Assembly: GCA_028688015.1 (NCBI GenBank) | Contig: JAQTZB010000006.1 | Span: forward strand, 107,381 to 171,380 | DNA from: Elusimicrobiales bacterium | GTDB taxonomy: Bacteria > Elusimicrobiota > Elusimicrobia > Elusimicrobiales > UBA9959 | Direction: 5' to 3' | Length of the DNA: 64,000 nt | In this document: positions 37,647 to 48,100 of the stretch, piece by piece | Numbering within the stretch: the stretch's first letter is position 1 | How the letters are laid out: each line of letters opens with the position of its first letter | Translations under genes and position numbers: made by a program | The notes under the pieces: generated by a model | Seen by the model: only the letters and a program-made list of their open reading frames with translations | What the model was told of the DNA's origin: nothing | Database searches by the model: none

Positions 37647-39269
37647 ATGAAAACACTATTGCTCGCTGCAGCGCTGTTAGCGGCCGCCCAGCCCGGGGGC
37701 GCGGCGGTCCCCAGGGGAGTAATGCTGGTGCCGCAGGGAACCGGGGTGGAAACCCGCACGGGCCCCGCCGCCAATTGGGAAAGGGTGGGGGGAAAAGTTA
37801 AGCTGGAAACCGGAGCTGAAGTGCGCACCGACGCCCAGTCCAAGGCCGGGGTTTTCTTTTCCGACGGCTCCGTCTTCCTTCTGGAGAAAGGCAGCGTATT
37901 CGGCGTGGAGGAGACCGGCAAGAAGAAGGCCGGCTTCAGCCTGAAAATGGGGCGCCTTAAGGCCAGGGTCGCGGGCTATTTCGCCAGCAAGTTCTCCGTG
38001 CGCACGCCCACCGCGGTCTGCGCCGTGCGCGGCACTGAGTTCGATATCGAGGTCGCCGACGGCGGCAACACGGAGATGAACGTCTCCGAGGGCCTGGTGG
38101 AGGTCAACGACTCCCAGGGCCGGATGGCGGTGGTGTCGTCCGAAGAAAAGATCAAGATCGGCGCGGACGGCATGTCCAGGCCCGAGACCGTCTCGCTCAA
38201 GGACGAGCGCGCCGGCGACGCCGCGCGGCCCATGGTCGTGCGCCAGGAGACGGCCAGGGAGCGCACCCGCACCATGCTGGAGGAACTGCGCAACCGCGAG
38301 CTCAAGGCCAACGAGGCCCAGCTCGGCAAGGACTCCATAGACGCCTTCGGCCGCCGCGTGCGCCTGGAAGAATACCTGCTGCGGCCCAGCAGTAAGGAAT
38401 TCAAACTGCTCTTCCTCAGCCAGCGGGCCGAAGAGGACCGCCTGGACTGGGGCCACCTGATAGAGCGCTTCAACGCGGATATCCCCGACGACATCAGCCA
38501 GGTGGGGAACATCATAGACGGGATGTATTTCTCGGCCTCGGCGCCGGCCAACTGGCTGAAGTATTTCGAGGTCTACCTGACCAACACCGTGGACAGCATC
38601 AAGGAGACCATCGACTTCACCGCCCCGGTCGCCATTAACTTCTCCGGCTACGGCGCCGGCACCCGGTACTACCCCGGCTCCATAGACTACCGGCAGATCC
38701 TCTCCGGCCCCGGCGTGGCGGCGGCGGCGGGCGCAGGCTCCCTGGTCGGCACCGGCCTGGCCTCGCTGGCCTCCGACGAGCGCGTGCAGTTCCGCCAGAC
38801 GCAGGACTGGAACACCAGCAACCTCAACAAGTTCACCTGGATGCAGAAGGTGGTCAACGGCTCCGGCGTGCTTGCCGACATGTGGGGAGTCACGCTGGAC
38901 CCGACCAGCGCGGGGGATATAGGCGCCTTGGGCACCCAGACCTTCTATGACCCGGCCATAGACCCGGGCGACGCCACAATAACGTATCCCAGCGGGCCCG
39001 GCATGGCGGACTTCAGGGCGTTCTCCACCTACGCGGACGGCTCCACGGTGGGCTCGCGCAAGCTGCTGGTCTCCAACGAAGGCGAGATCCTGAAGATAGG
39101 CGGCAGCGCCAACTCCGACACCTTCCTGGCCGACGGCAGTTTTAACCTGGAGATGATAATAGACTCCAACCTGTTCCAGGGCCGCAACATAGACGTCCTG
39201 TTCGCGCCCGAGATCCTGACCCAGAAGAAGGCGGCGGTGCTGCCGCCCGGCACCTCGAACGTGGATTAA
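37647..39269 (+). CDS. Secreted FecR-domain protein (module A, 540 aa)
   Basis: A signal peptide is followed directly by a FecR-type fold (VRTPTAVCAVRGTEFDIEV...VSEGLVEV), then a charged coiled segment and a ~300-aa C-terminal domain of unknown family. Starts 3 nt after the barrel gene. Confidence 0.7.
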   Translation: MKTLLLAAALLAAAQPGGAAVPRGVMLVPQGTGVETRTGPAANWERVGGKVKLETGAEVRTDAQSKAGVFFSDGSVFLLEKGSVFGVEETGKKKAGFSLKMGRLKARVAGYFASKFSVRTPTAVCAVRGTEFDIEVADGGNTEMNVSEGLVEVNDSQGRMAVVSSEEKIKIGADGMSRPETVSLKDERAGDAARPMVVRQETARERTRTMLEELRNRELKANEAQLGKDSIDAFGRRVRLEEYLLRPSSKEFKLLFLSQRAEEDRLDWGHLIERFNADIPDDISQVGNIIDGMYFSASAPANWLKYFEVYLTNTVDSIKETIDFTAPVAINFSGYGAGTRYYPGSIDYRQILSGPGVAAAAGAGSLVGTGLASLASDERVQFRQTQDWNTSNLNKFTWMQKVVNGSGVLADMWGVTLDPTSAGDIGALGTQTFYDPAIDPGDATITYPSGPGMADFRAFSTYADGSTVGSRKLLVSNEGEILKIGGSANSDTFLADGSFNLEMIIDSNLFQGRNIDVLFAPEILTQKKAAVLPPGTSNVD

Positions 39270-39307
39270 CAGCGCCGGTTACTTTAGTTACAGTTGCTTC
39301 CGGTCAA

Positions 39308-39335
39308 TTGACATCGCACCCCAATGTAATATAAT
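39308..39335 (+). promoter_or_regulatory. Consensus sigma70-type promoter (TTGACA-16 nt-TATAAT) for module B, embedded in the module A terminator hairpin
   Basis: ttgaca at 39308-39313 and tataat at 39330-39335. The FecR-2 ATG lies 70 nt downstream with AAGGAG 6 nt before it. Confidence 0.5.
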
Positions 39336-39353
39336 TGGGGTGCGATGTTTTTT
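39312..39353 (+). terminator. Strong rho-independent terminator after module A
   Basis: 14-bp perfect stem catcgcaccccaat (39312-39325) / attggggtgcgatg (39334-39347), 8-nt loop, then tttttt (39348-39353). Confidence 0.85.
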
Positions 39354-39405
39354 GGGTTAAACCTCGCTATTTCGGGGAAGTTTGCCAGCTTTTTAAGGAG
39401 TTCGT

Positions 39406-40851
39406 ATGAAACTGTTAATCGTTTCAGCGGCGCTGCTTTTTTGCTTCTCAACGTGCGACGCCGCGTATATATCCGCGCTGCGCGGCGAGGTGGAACTTAA
39501 AAAGCCGGGCGCCACGGACTGGGTGATGCTTTCCGGCGATGAGAAGCACAAGCTGCAGCCAGGCGACGAACTGCGCACCTCCCGGGCCTCCACCGTGGAG
39601 ATCCTGATGGACGACGGCTCCAAGGTCAAGGTGGCCCCGCTCTCCGCCTTCAAGATGTCGGAAGAAAACGACAAGGCGGTCTCGATCGGCCTCTATTTCG
39701 GCCGCGTCCGCTCGTGGGTCAAGAAGTTTTCCAAGAAGTTCGAAGTCCGCACCCCGTCGGCGGTCTGCGCCGTGCGCGGTACCGACTTCATGGTCTCGGC
39801 CGACCCCGAGGGCAACAGCCGCGTGGAGGTGTACGAGGGCAGCGTGCTCACTGGCGATTCCCAGGGCAATTCCTCCCTGGTCCGCGAAGGGCAGTTCTCC
39901 GAGATTCCCGCGGGCGGCAAGATGAAGGACCCCGGCAATAACCCGGACGGGCCTGGCGACATGAATTCCGCCGTGGGCAGCAGCCGCGAGATCGCCCGCG
40001 CCGAGATCTACGGCGAGATCTCCAAGGAAGACGTCCTCGCACGCGCGCAGGAAGAGATGAAAGCCTCCGAATACCAGAGCCGCAAGGTGGCTGTGGACGC
40101 CTACGGCAACCGGGTGCGCATGGAGGAGTACACCATCCGCCCCGCCGCCAACCAGTTCAAGTACGTGGTGCTCAACACCCGCGACAACCGCTTCGACTTC
40201 GGCAAGATCCTGTTCACCTTCAACGCGGCCCTGCCCGCCAACCTTTCCGACGCCACGGCCAACATGATAACGGCGCCCGGGGCCGACGCCCCGGCCTGGT
40301 ACCTGACCGACATGAACAGCGTGATGAGCAATACCGTCGACAAGGTCACCGAGGACGCCAGCGGCGGCGCGATGGTGTTCAACAACAGCCTCTCGGACCC
40401 GCGCTACAACCTGATCTTCGCCAACTACGCCTTCTACGCCGCCGGCCCCAGCGAGGCCAACCTGAACGGCGGCCTGGGCCTGCAGCTTTGGGCCAAGACC
40501 AACTACAACGTGCCCAATAACACGCATTCCTCCATCTCGTATTACGGCGGGACCGCCCCGTCCATAACGAGCTCGCAGCCCGGCGGTCCCGACGTGTTCC
40601 ATACCTACGCCCAGAACACCTACAGCGACAACACCTGGATAGCCGCCGAGGACTGGGTGCTGTTCAACGACGGCGACACGCTTTCCACCGGCGACTTTAA
40701 TAACGGCCTGGGGCAGGGCAACACGGTGGACGCCGTGACGGACAAGCTTAATTTCCAGCGCGTCTATACCAGCTCGCTCTTCGGCGGCCGCACCATAGAC
40801 GTGATGTACTCCGCCAAGCTGCTGAAGGAGGCCGGCCTGCTCCGCTTCTGA
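39406..40851 (+). CDS. Secreted FecR-domain protein (module B, 481 aa)
   Basis: Signal peptide, then VRTPSAVCAVRGTDFMVSA...VYEGSVLT. Collinear with 37647..39269 through the C-terminal domain (AYGNRVRMEEYTIRP vs AFGRRVRLEEYLLRP; GRTIDVMYSAKLL vs GRNIDVLFAPEIL). Confidence 0.7.
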   Translation: MKLLIVSAALLFCFSTCDAAYISALRGEVELKKPGATDWVMLSGDEKHKLQPGDELRTSRASTVEILMDDGSKVKVAPLSAFKMSEENDKAVSIGLYFGRVRSWVKKFSKKFEVRTPSAVCAVRGTDFMVSADPEGNSRVEVYEGSVLTGDSQGNSSLVREGQFSEIPAGGKMKDPGNNPDGPGDMNSAVGSSREIARAEIYGEISKEDVLARAQEEMKASEYQSRKVAVDAYGNRVRMEEYTIRPAANQFKYVVLNTRDNRFDFGKILFTFNAALPANLSDATANMITAPGADAPAWYLTDMNSVMSNTVDKVTEDASGGAMVFNNSLSDPRYNLIFANYAFYAAGPSEANLNGGLGLQLWAKTNYNVPNNTHSSISYYGGTAPSITSSQPGGPDVFHTYAQNTYSDNTWIAAEDWVLFNDGDTLSTGDFNNGLGQGNTVDAVTDKLNFQRVYTSSLFGGRTIDVMYSAKLLKEAGLLRF

Positions 40852-40871
40852 TCCCGAACCGCTTTTAAACT

Positions 40872-42092
40872 ATGATCAAAATTTTCAAGACACTGCCCGC
40901 AGCCGCCCTCCTCTTCTGTGTTTCCGCCCTGCACGCCGGGGTCAAGGTCACCCCGGTGGCCGACGTCTCCCTGCTGGGGGGCAAGTATTACCTGGACTCC
41001 GACGCCGCCTCTTTCCAGGGCCGTCTCGACGCCTTCGTTTCCCCGGCGCTGACGCTGGCCGAGGGCCACGACCTGATCCCGGTGTATTCCGGCAACTACT
41101 CCGGCACGCAGGACGTGCAGGAGCTCGCCGGCGGCGGCGTGCTGACGCGCAAGCGCCAGACCCACACCTTCTCCCTGAAGTACGTCTACACCCGCGAGTT
41201 CGACAAGTACAAGCCGCGCCTGTCCTACTCGAAGGCCTCAATCAAGGAGACCAACGACGAGGACTGGGGGGACGGCCTCTTCGATTACACCACGCTGTCC
41301 CTGGGCTTTGAGGCCGAGCAGGAGCGCCCGCACGGCACTTTCAGCGAATCCTACGACTTCTACAAGGTCAGCTACCCCAACTACAGCACGCTGCTCTCCC
41401 AGTCCGCGTCGGTCATAAACGACACCACCACTTTCAACCAGCTCTCCACCAACGCCGGCGAGAACCCCATGGACAACGCGGCGCACCGGGTGGCCCTGGG
41501 CTATACCTGGTTCCCGGACCCCATGACCATGAAGGCCGGCTACGACTTCACCTACCGCTCCTACCCTGACCAGGCCGTGGCGGCCAAACCGGCCACCGGG
41601 ACCTCGCCGTTCAAGAGCGACAAGCGCTGGGACGTGATGCAGAACTTCAGCTTCAAGGCCAGCCGCGCGCTGAAGCCGCTGTTCTTCAGCGCCGGGGCGC
41701 GCCTGGGCTGGCTGAGCTCCAACCAGGGCTCTTACGACTCCTCCCGCAATAAATACATGGAGGACTATTACAGCTACGTGGATTTTTCTATCAGCCCCGC
41801 GGTGGGCATAGCGCTTAAGAACGGCATGCAGTTCAACTTCAACCTGGACTGGCGCCGCGTCTTCTACATCGGGCGCCTCAAGCAGGGCGCCAGCGGCGAT
41901 TACGGCGCCGACAAGATCGACCAGACCTACTGGCTCACGTCCATCTCGGGCCGCTACCCGATAGCCGGCCGCTTCTTCGCCAAGGCCGCCTACAATTACC
42001 AGCTCTCCAATTCCAACATGCGGTATGAGGATAGTTTCCGCTACAACTACAGGGCCAGCACGTACCTGCTGGGCCTGGAGTGGGAGTTTTAG
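40872..42092 (+). CDS. Outer membrane beta-barrel protein, unassigned family (module B, 406 aa)
   Basis: Signal peptide and a C-terminus YLLGLEWEF. Collinear with 36420..37643, for example QELAGGGVLTRK vs NELSGGGTLFQQ and ETNDEDWGDGLFDYT vs ETKDEKWGKGLYDFT. Confidence 0.65.
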   Translation: MIKIFKTLPAAALLFCVSALHAGVKVTPVADVSLLGGKYYLDSDAASFQGRLDAFVSPALTLAEGHDLIPVYSGNYSGTQDVQELAGGGVLTRKRQTHTFSLKYVYTREFDKYKPRLSYSKASIKETNDEDWGDGLFDYTTLSLGFEAEQERPHGTFSESYDFYKVSYPNYSTLLSQSASVINDTTTFNQLSTNAGENPMDNAAHRVALGYTWFPDPMTMKAGYDFTYRSYPDQAVAAKPATGTSPFKSDKRWDVMQNFSFKASRALKPLFFSAGARLGWLSSNQGSYDSSRNKYMEDYYSYVDFSISPAVGIALKNGMQFNFNLDWRRVFYIGRLKQGASGDYGADKIDQTYWLTSISGRYPIAGRFFAKAAYNYQLSNSNMRYEDSFRYNYRASTYLLGLEWEF

Positions 42093-42168
42093 TTCCAGTC
42101 GCGGTCCGTGGGGCGCAGTATTCGGAGATAATAATTTTTAGCGTCGGTATTTCAGCCGGAGATAACTT

Positions 42169-45100
42169 ATGCGCAAGATCAAAAACATTTTCATCAACCT
42201 CCTGGGGGCGGGCCTGCTGACGGCCTGGGCCGCCGGCGCGGCGTTAGCCGGGTTCACCGGGGATTTCTCGCTGCCGGAAGGCGCCAACTTCGACGCCGGG
42301 GACAGCGACAATCCCTCCGAAGTCGCTTATTTTAACAATAACGTCTACGTGGTAGGCCTCTCGTCTCCTACCGGAGGGTTCTTAATCCGCTACAGCACCA
42401 ACGGCGTGATGCAGACCTCCGGCACCCTGCCGGGCGTGGGCCTTTCAGGAGTCGCCGTCAATTCCAACGGTGTTTATGCGGTGGGAACCAGCGGCGCACC
42501 TTCGCGCCTGGTCATAGCGAAGTTCGACCCTGTCTCGCTGATCCTCGTTTCCTCCAAGACCTATACCGGCAACGCCAACCCCGCCACCGCGGCGGACATC
42601 GACCTCAGCAGCAGCGGCGACGCCTACGTGGTGGGCACGGACCTGACCATGAAGGAAGTCGTCTTCGGCATGTACGACTCCGGGCTCAATACTCTCTCCG
42701 AAAGCGGGATCATAAGGACCAGCGACTACGACACCGGCACCGGCGTCACCGTGGACGGCACTAACGTCTATTTCGCCGGCAACAGCCTGCTCGGCAGCGC
42801 TACCAGCTTTATCCTGCAGAAATACAGTCTGACCGATTACCTTTCCGTTATGTACGCTTCCGCCACCCTGGCGGGCATTTCTGTGGACGAGCATGAACTG
42901 GGCGGCAAGATAGACGCCAGCCCGCTTACCCACGATATCTATGCCGCGCTGAACGCTTCCCATACCGAAATGAAACTGGCGCGGTTCAGCCAGTCCCTGA
43001 ACTTGACGGGGACCCAGCCTTTCGGCGCCGCGGCTTATGCGGGGGGCAATAACCTGGTGGTGGACAGCACCGGCAACGTGCTCATGACCGGTTCCATAAA
43101 CGACGGCACCGGCAACGATTTCCCGGTGCTGCTGAAGTACTCCCCTACCCTGGTCTTCATCTCCAGCGCGGCCAGCGTGCAGCCCTACGGCTATGAAGCC
43201 GCGGCCGTGGCTAATAACCCGCTCAACGGGGACAGCTATGTCACCGGCGTCTATTTTTCCGATGGCACCGGCAGCGAGCCCGGTTGGGACATCCGCACCG
43301 TTAAATTCTCCGGCGCTGCAGCCCCCGTCATGCGGCAGATCTCCGGCACCGTTACCTATGCCGGCACTTACGACCCCTCGGCCAGGCTCACGGTCTGGGT
43401 CAGCACTTCGGCCGATTTCAGGGGCGTCCCTTTCTTCGTCAATATCCCTGCTCCGATGGCGTCGCAGCCCTATGCCATTACCAACGTCCCCGCCGGTACC
43501 TATTACATGGCGCTGACCGCCTCCATCAACTGGGCGGTGGCCGACTCCACCGACCCCTGGGGCGTGCACGGCCAGCTCGGCACCCCGACGCCCATAGACG
43601 TCACCGCAGGCGACGCCGCCGGCGTAGATGTGGTTATGATAGACGGCAACTCGGTCCCGAACCCGTGGTCCCTCGAATCGCTGCTGCCCGCCACGGTGAA
43701 CTGCCTCAGCACCTTCAATTTGGGCGGCGAATGCAGCGTTAACGGCGCCACAACCTTCGCCACCGGCATAGCCACGGACCTGTCCGACAACCGGTACCTG
43801 CTGCTCACCAACCTGACCGATTCCGCCATAGTCAAGTTCGACTCCCTGGGCGACGTCGTCTCCTCAGTTACCGTGAAGTACGCCACTTTCAACGGCCTGA
43901 AGTTCAACGCTTATAACGGGGACCTTTACGTGGCCGCGCAGGGCCCTGTTTCCGGCGTGCGCGTTTACCGCTACAGCTCCGCGCTGGCGCTGGTCTCTTC
44001 CGTCACCGTGGCAGGCTACCAGGGCGCCCGCCAGTTGGACTTCGATGCCGCCGGCAACGTCTACACCGTTTCCACCGTGGACAACGTCTCCACCGGCTAC
44101 GACATCCGCGTGGTCAAGTTCCCGGCCGACCTCAGCTTCGTGATGGACGACTGGAGCGAGGCTTCCATCGGCCCCGATCAGGGTTACGGCATTTTCGTGG
44201 ACGGCTCCGATGTCTTCGTGGCCGGCATCCGGCGCCCCGCTTCGGCGGACGAAGTGGTGGTCATAAAGCTGGACGCCATGTCCGCCCTGAGCACCATGGG
44301 CACCGGCGCCGCCGCCACGCCTCCCTTCACTTTCCAGGAGGGTCAGGGCTTCAACAATATCCGCGTCGCGGCCGATTCCTCCGGCGTCTATGCGGCTTAC
44401 AACGCCGACCTGCAGACCAGCACGCGCACGGTCGTCTACCGCTTCGACAGGGCTGACCTGGCCGCAGGCTATTCTTCCGCGACCGTGGCGGGCGCCTCCC
44501 TTTTCGGCGACCTGAAACTCAATGCGGGCTATGTCTACGTGGCCGCCGCCGACATGAACCAGGCGCGCGTAACCAAGTATTCCGCCGCCTCGTTCTCGCC
44601 CGTGGCCTCCAAGACCACCAACGTGCTGCCCTACGGCCTGGCGCCCGGCGCCCTGGCTTTCGGCGTAGTCGGCACCGCCTCCGAGGTATTCCTCGGCGGC
44701 GTCATTCCCGACGGCATGGGCGGCGTCACCGGCGGCGCGGCCGAACTGCCCCTCATAGACGGCCCCGTGCCGTCCGAAGTGGTGCCGCAGGACTATGTGG
44801 AGGGCACCAATAACCTGCTGATGACCCCCGACGGCGTCGGCGGCGCCTACATGGTGTTCGACAGCACCGTGGGGCCAAACGAACTACGCATGGTTTACGT
44901 CAGGCGCGTGGACGCCTCCAACCAGACGCTCTGGGCCTATGACGTTACCCAGACGGCCGTTACCGGCATCAATGAACTCTACGCCCTGCCCGACGGTTCG
45001 GGCGGCCTCTACGCGGGCTGGTTCACCGGCGGCCATGCCTACGCGCAGCACTACGACATAGACGGCAATATCCTGTGGGATATTAACGGCGTGCGCATCT

Positions 45101-48100
45101 CCAGCGGCCCCGTGGACGGCGGGCAGTTCGTCGCCAACCCTCAGGGCGGCTTCTTCGCGGTTTTCGGCTACATCCAGAGCGACGTCAATACTTCCCTGAC
45201 AGCGCAGAGCGTGCGCTCCGACGGCAATTGCAACTGGCCGGCCTACGGCCCGTGCGCCGCAGCGGCGGGCACGCCCATCCCCGCGGTGGACTTCGCCGGC
45301 GAAGGCTCCGGAGTGGCCGGCATAGACGGCTCCATCATGTTCTTCTGGGGCGGAGACACCGACGCCGACGGGCACCTGCAGATCAACGGCGCGAAACTGG
45401 ACTCTTCCGGCGCCCTGGCCTGGTCGCCCACGGTAAAATCTCTCTACACGGCCGGCACCTCCGCCGACCTTGGTTACGACCTAGAAGCAGCGGCCGACGG
45501 CGCGGGCGGCGCCTACGTGCTGTGGAGCAGCTCTGCCTCCAACGCGCGCGCCCTCTACGCGCAGCGCTACAATGCCGCGGGCGGCACGGACTCTCCCTGG
45601 GCCACGCCCGTGCAGCTCACCGGCGCCAGTCTGCCCGCTAACGACTATCTGAGCCTTTCCTTAGCCAGCGACGACGAGGGTTTCGCCGTGATCTATTCCA
45701 GCAGCTCGATGAACGGCTCTTCCGAAGTGCGCGTGGTGCGCGGCCAGGCGGGGCTCAACCAGCTGGCCGCCGGCTTCAGCCTGGGCGGCAACCTGCTGGG
45801 CAGCACCGACGACGGCGCGCACGCGCTGGTCTACGGCGGGACCGTTTACCACATCGCCTGGCAGCAGCACGCCAGCCTGCCGCCTCCCGGCAATAACCAC
45901 CTGGTCGCCTACCAGACCATGGCCAAGGACGGCACTTTCGAATACACGCCCTATTCAAGCGTAGGGGTTTCCTCCGACTGCGTGAAACTGGCCATCTCCA
46001 CCAGCGCCGACGGCGCCTTGGTGGGCTGGATGGAAAAGACCGGAGGCGGAACAGAGACTACCACGCCGCGCCTCCTGGACATGCCTCTCGTAGTCGGGCC
46101 CGTTTCCGTTTATCTGTCCACCGAAAGCGCCGCCCCCGGCAGCTACGTGGCGGGCCAGCCGGCCCCAGCGCTGCTGCTGGACGTGCGCACCGTGGCGGGC
46201 CAGGCAACCCTTGCCAGCCTGCGCGTGCACGTTAACCCCGACGGCCCCTACACCGACGTGGAGGCCGTCAGCGTCTACTCCGACGACGACCAGGACGGCG
46301 TCTGGGACAGCCGCCACACGCTGCTTTCCAGCGCGGCCGTCACCGGCGCCTACGTGGACCTGGCGTTCCCCGCCGGCACTATCGTTAACACCACTCCCGG
46401 CCCCGTGTTTCTGGCACTTACCCCGGCCCAGTCCGCGGCCGGCAACAGCGTTAACCTGGCGCTGGACGACGCCTCGGCGCTGACTACCAGCGGCGAGATG
46501 CAGCTGCAGGGCTTCTACCCTGTCGTCTCCCAGCCGGCGTCCGTCACCATCCAGCAGGCCGTCACCGACCTGGCGACGGAACCCGGCGAGAATTTAAATT
46601 CCGTTTCGCTGTCCTGGACTTACCCGCAGGATATCGCCGCGGGTCATTACCTCATCAAGTACAGCACCGACCCGGCCGACCTGGCCGGCCCCGGGTTCCC
46701 GTCCATCGAGACCCCGATCGAAGCGGCCGCTTCCGGCTATCCCGGCTCCGCCCTGGTGGAGAGCCTGCCCGCTGTCGAAGCTACAGTGGCCGGTGTCACG
46801 CGCGTCTTCCCGTATCACTTCGCCCTCTGGCTCTATAACGGGGCCAGCACTTCTCCGGTCTCCAACCTGGCGCAGAACCTGTACTTCCCGCTGGCCTCGG
46901 CTCAGGCTGGCGACGCGGCGCTGGCCTCCAGCTCCGAGATGACCCTTAACCCCAACACCAGCGTGCGCTCAGTGCACCTGGGCCTGGACCGCTACACGGC
47001 GTTCACTTTCTACGGCTCGCCCGAAGCGTTCCTTACGCTCCGTACCCCGGCCGGCGCCTATTATTACAAGCCCGCTCTCGGCGTGCTGGACCTGAAGGAC
47101 CTGGCCGTCGCCCCCGGCGGCTTCTCCTACGTGCTCGCCCAAGTGGACGCAGACGCCGTCGCGCTTAAGATCGCTCCCAACGGCGACGTTCTGTGGGTGC
47201 GGAACCTGGGCCCCGAGGCGCCCAAGGCCGTCGCTTTCGGCGGCGGCGCGGTTTACGCGGCTACCGAGCTCACCAACGGCAGCGGCGATACCGACGTGAA
47301 GATCTACAAGCTGGACGCCGCTTCCGGCGGCGCGACGCTCTACTCTTACCAGTACGACAGCTCGGCCGAGTACGGCCGCCCTTCCAACGATACCGTGAGC
47401 AGCCTGGAGTACGCCTCGGACCCGCTGCGCGGCTACCTCTACGTCGCCGGCTCCGTGGGCGAGAACTATAGCTACGGCTCTCCGCGCAGGGGCGGCATTT
47501 TTAAACTCGCCGACACCGGCGCCCAGCTCTCCACCTCCACCGCTTACGTCGCCGGCAGCTGGCCCGTGCGCCACCTTAATCCCTCCGGCGACCGCTCCGA
47601 CACGCTGCGCGTGCGCGTGAACGGCAGCGGCGACCTACTGGCCGCCGGCTTCGAGTCCCGCTACGACCTCAACCAAGGCGTGAACGTCTGGCTTAACAAG
47701 TACAGCGCCTCGGGCGCCCAGCTGTTCCCGCAGCCGGCGCGTTTCAACAACCCGCAGTCCAACTGGGACGACGTGCCTACCGGCCTGGACTATGACAACT
47801 TCGGCAATATCTACGTGTCCGGCTATACCGACATGTGGAACCTGGGCCAGGGCTATAACCTGCTGCTGCTCAAGTTCAGCCCGGCCGGCCAGTTCACCGA
47901 CAGCCGGATCTACGATTCGGGCCACTCCCAGGACGGCTGGGGGAGCGACGTCTTCGTCTCCAGCGACAATTACGCCAGCGTCTCCGGACTGTTCCTGGCG
48001 GGCGGCAATTTCGGCGTCTATTCGCTGCCCATAGGCGGTTCCGCCGCCGGGGCCAGCGCCCAGTTCTTCAGCGCGATGGAAGGTCCTTACACCGGCTCGG

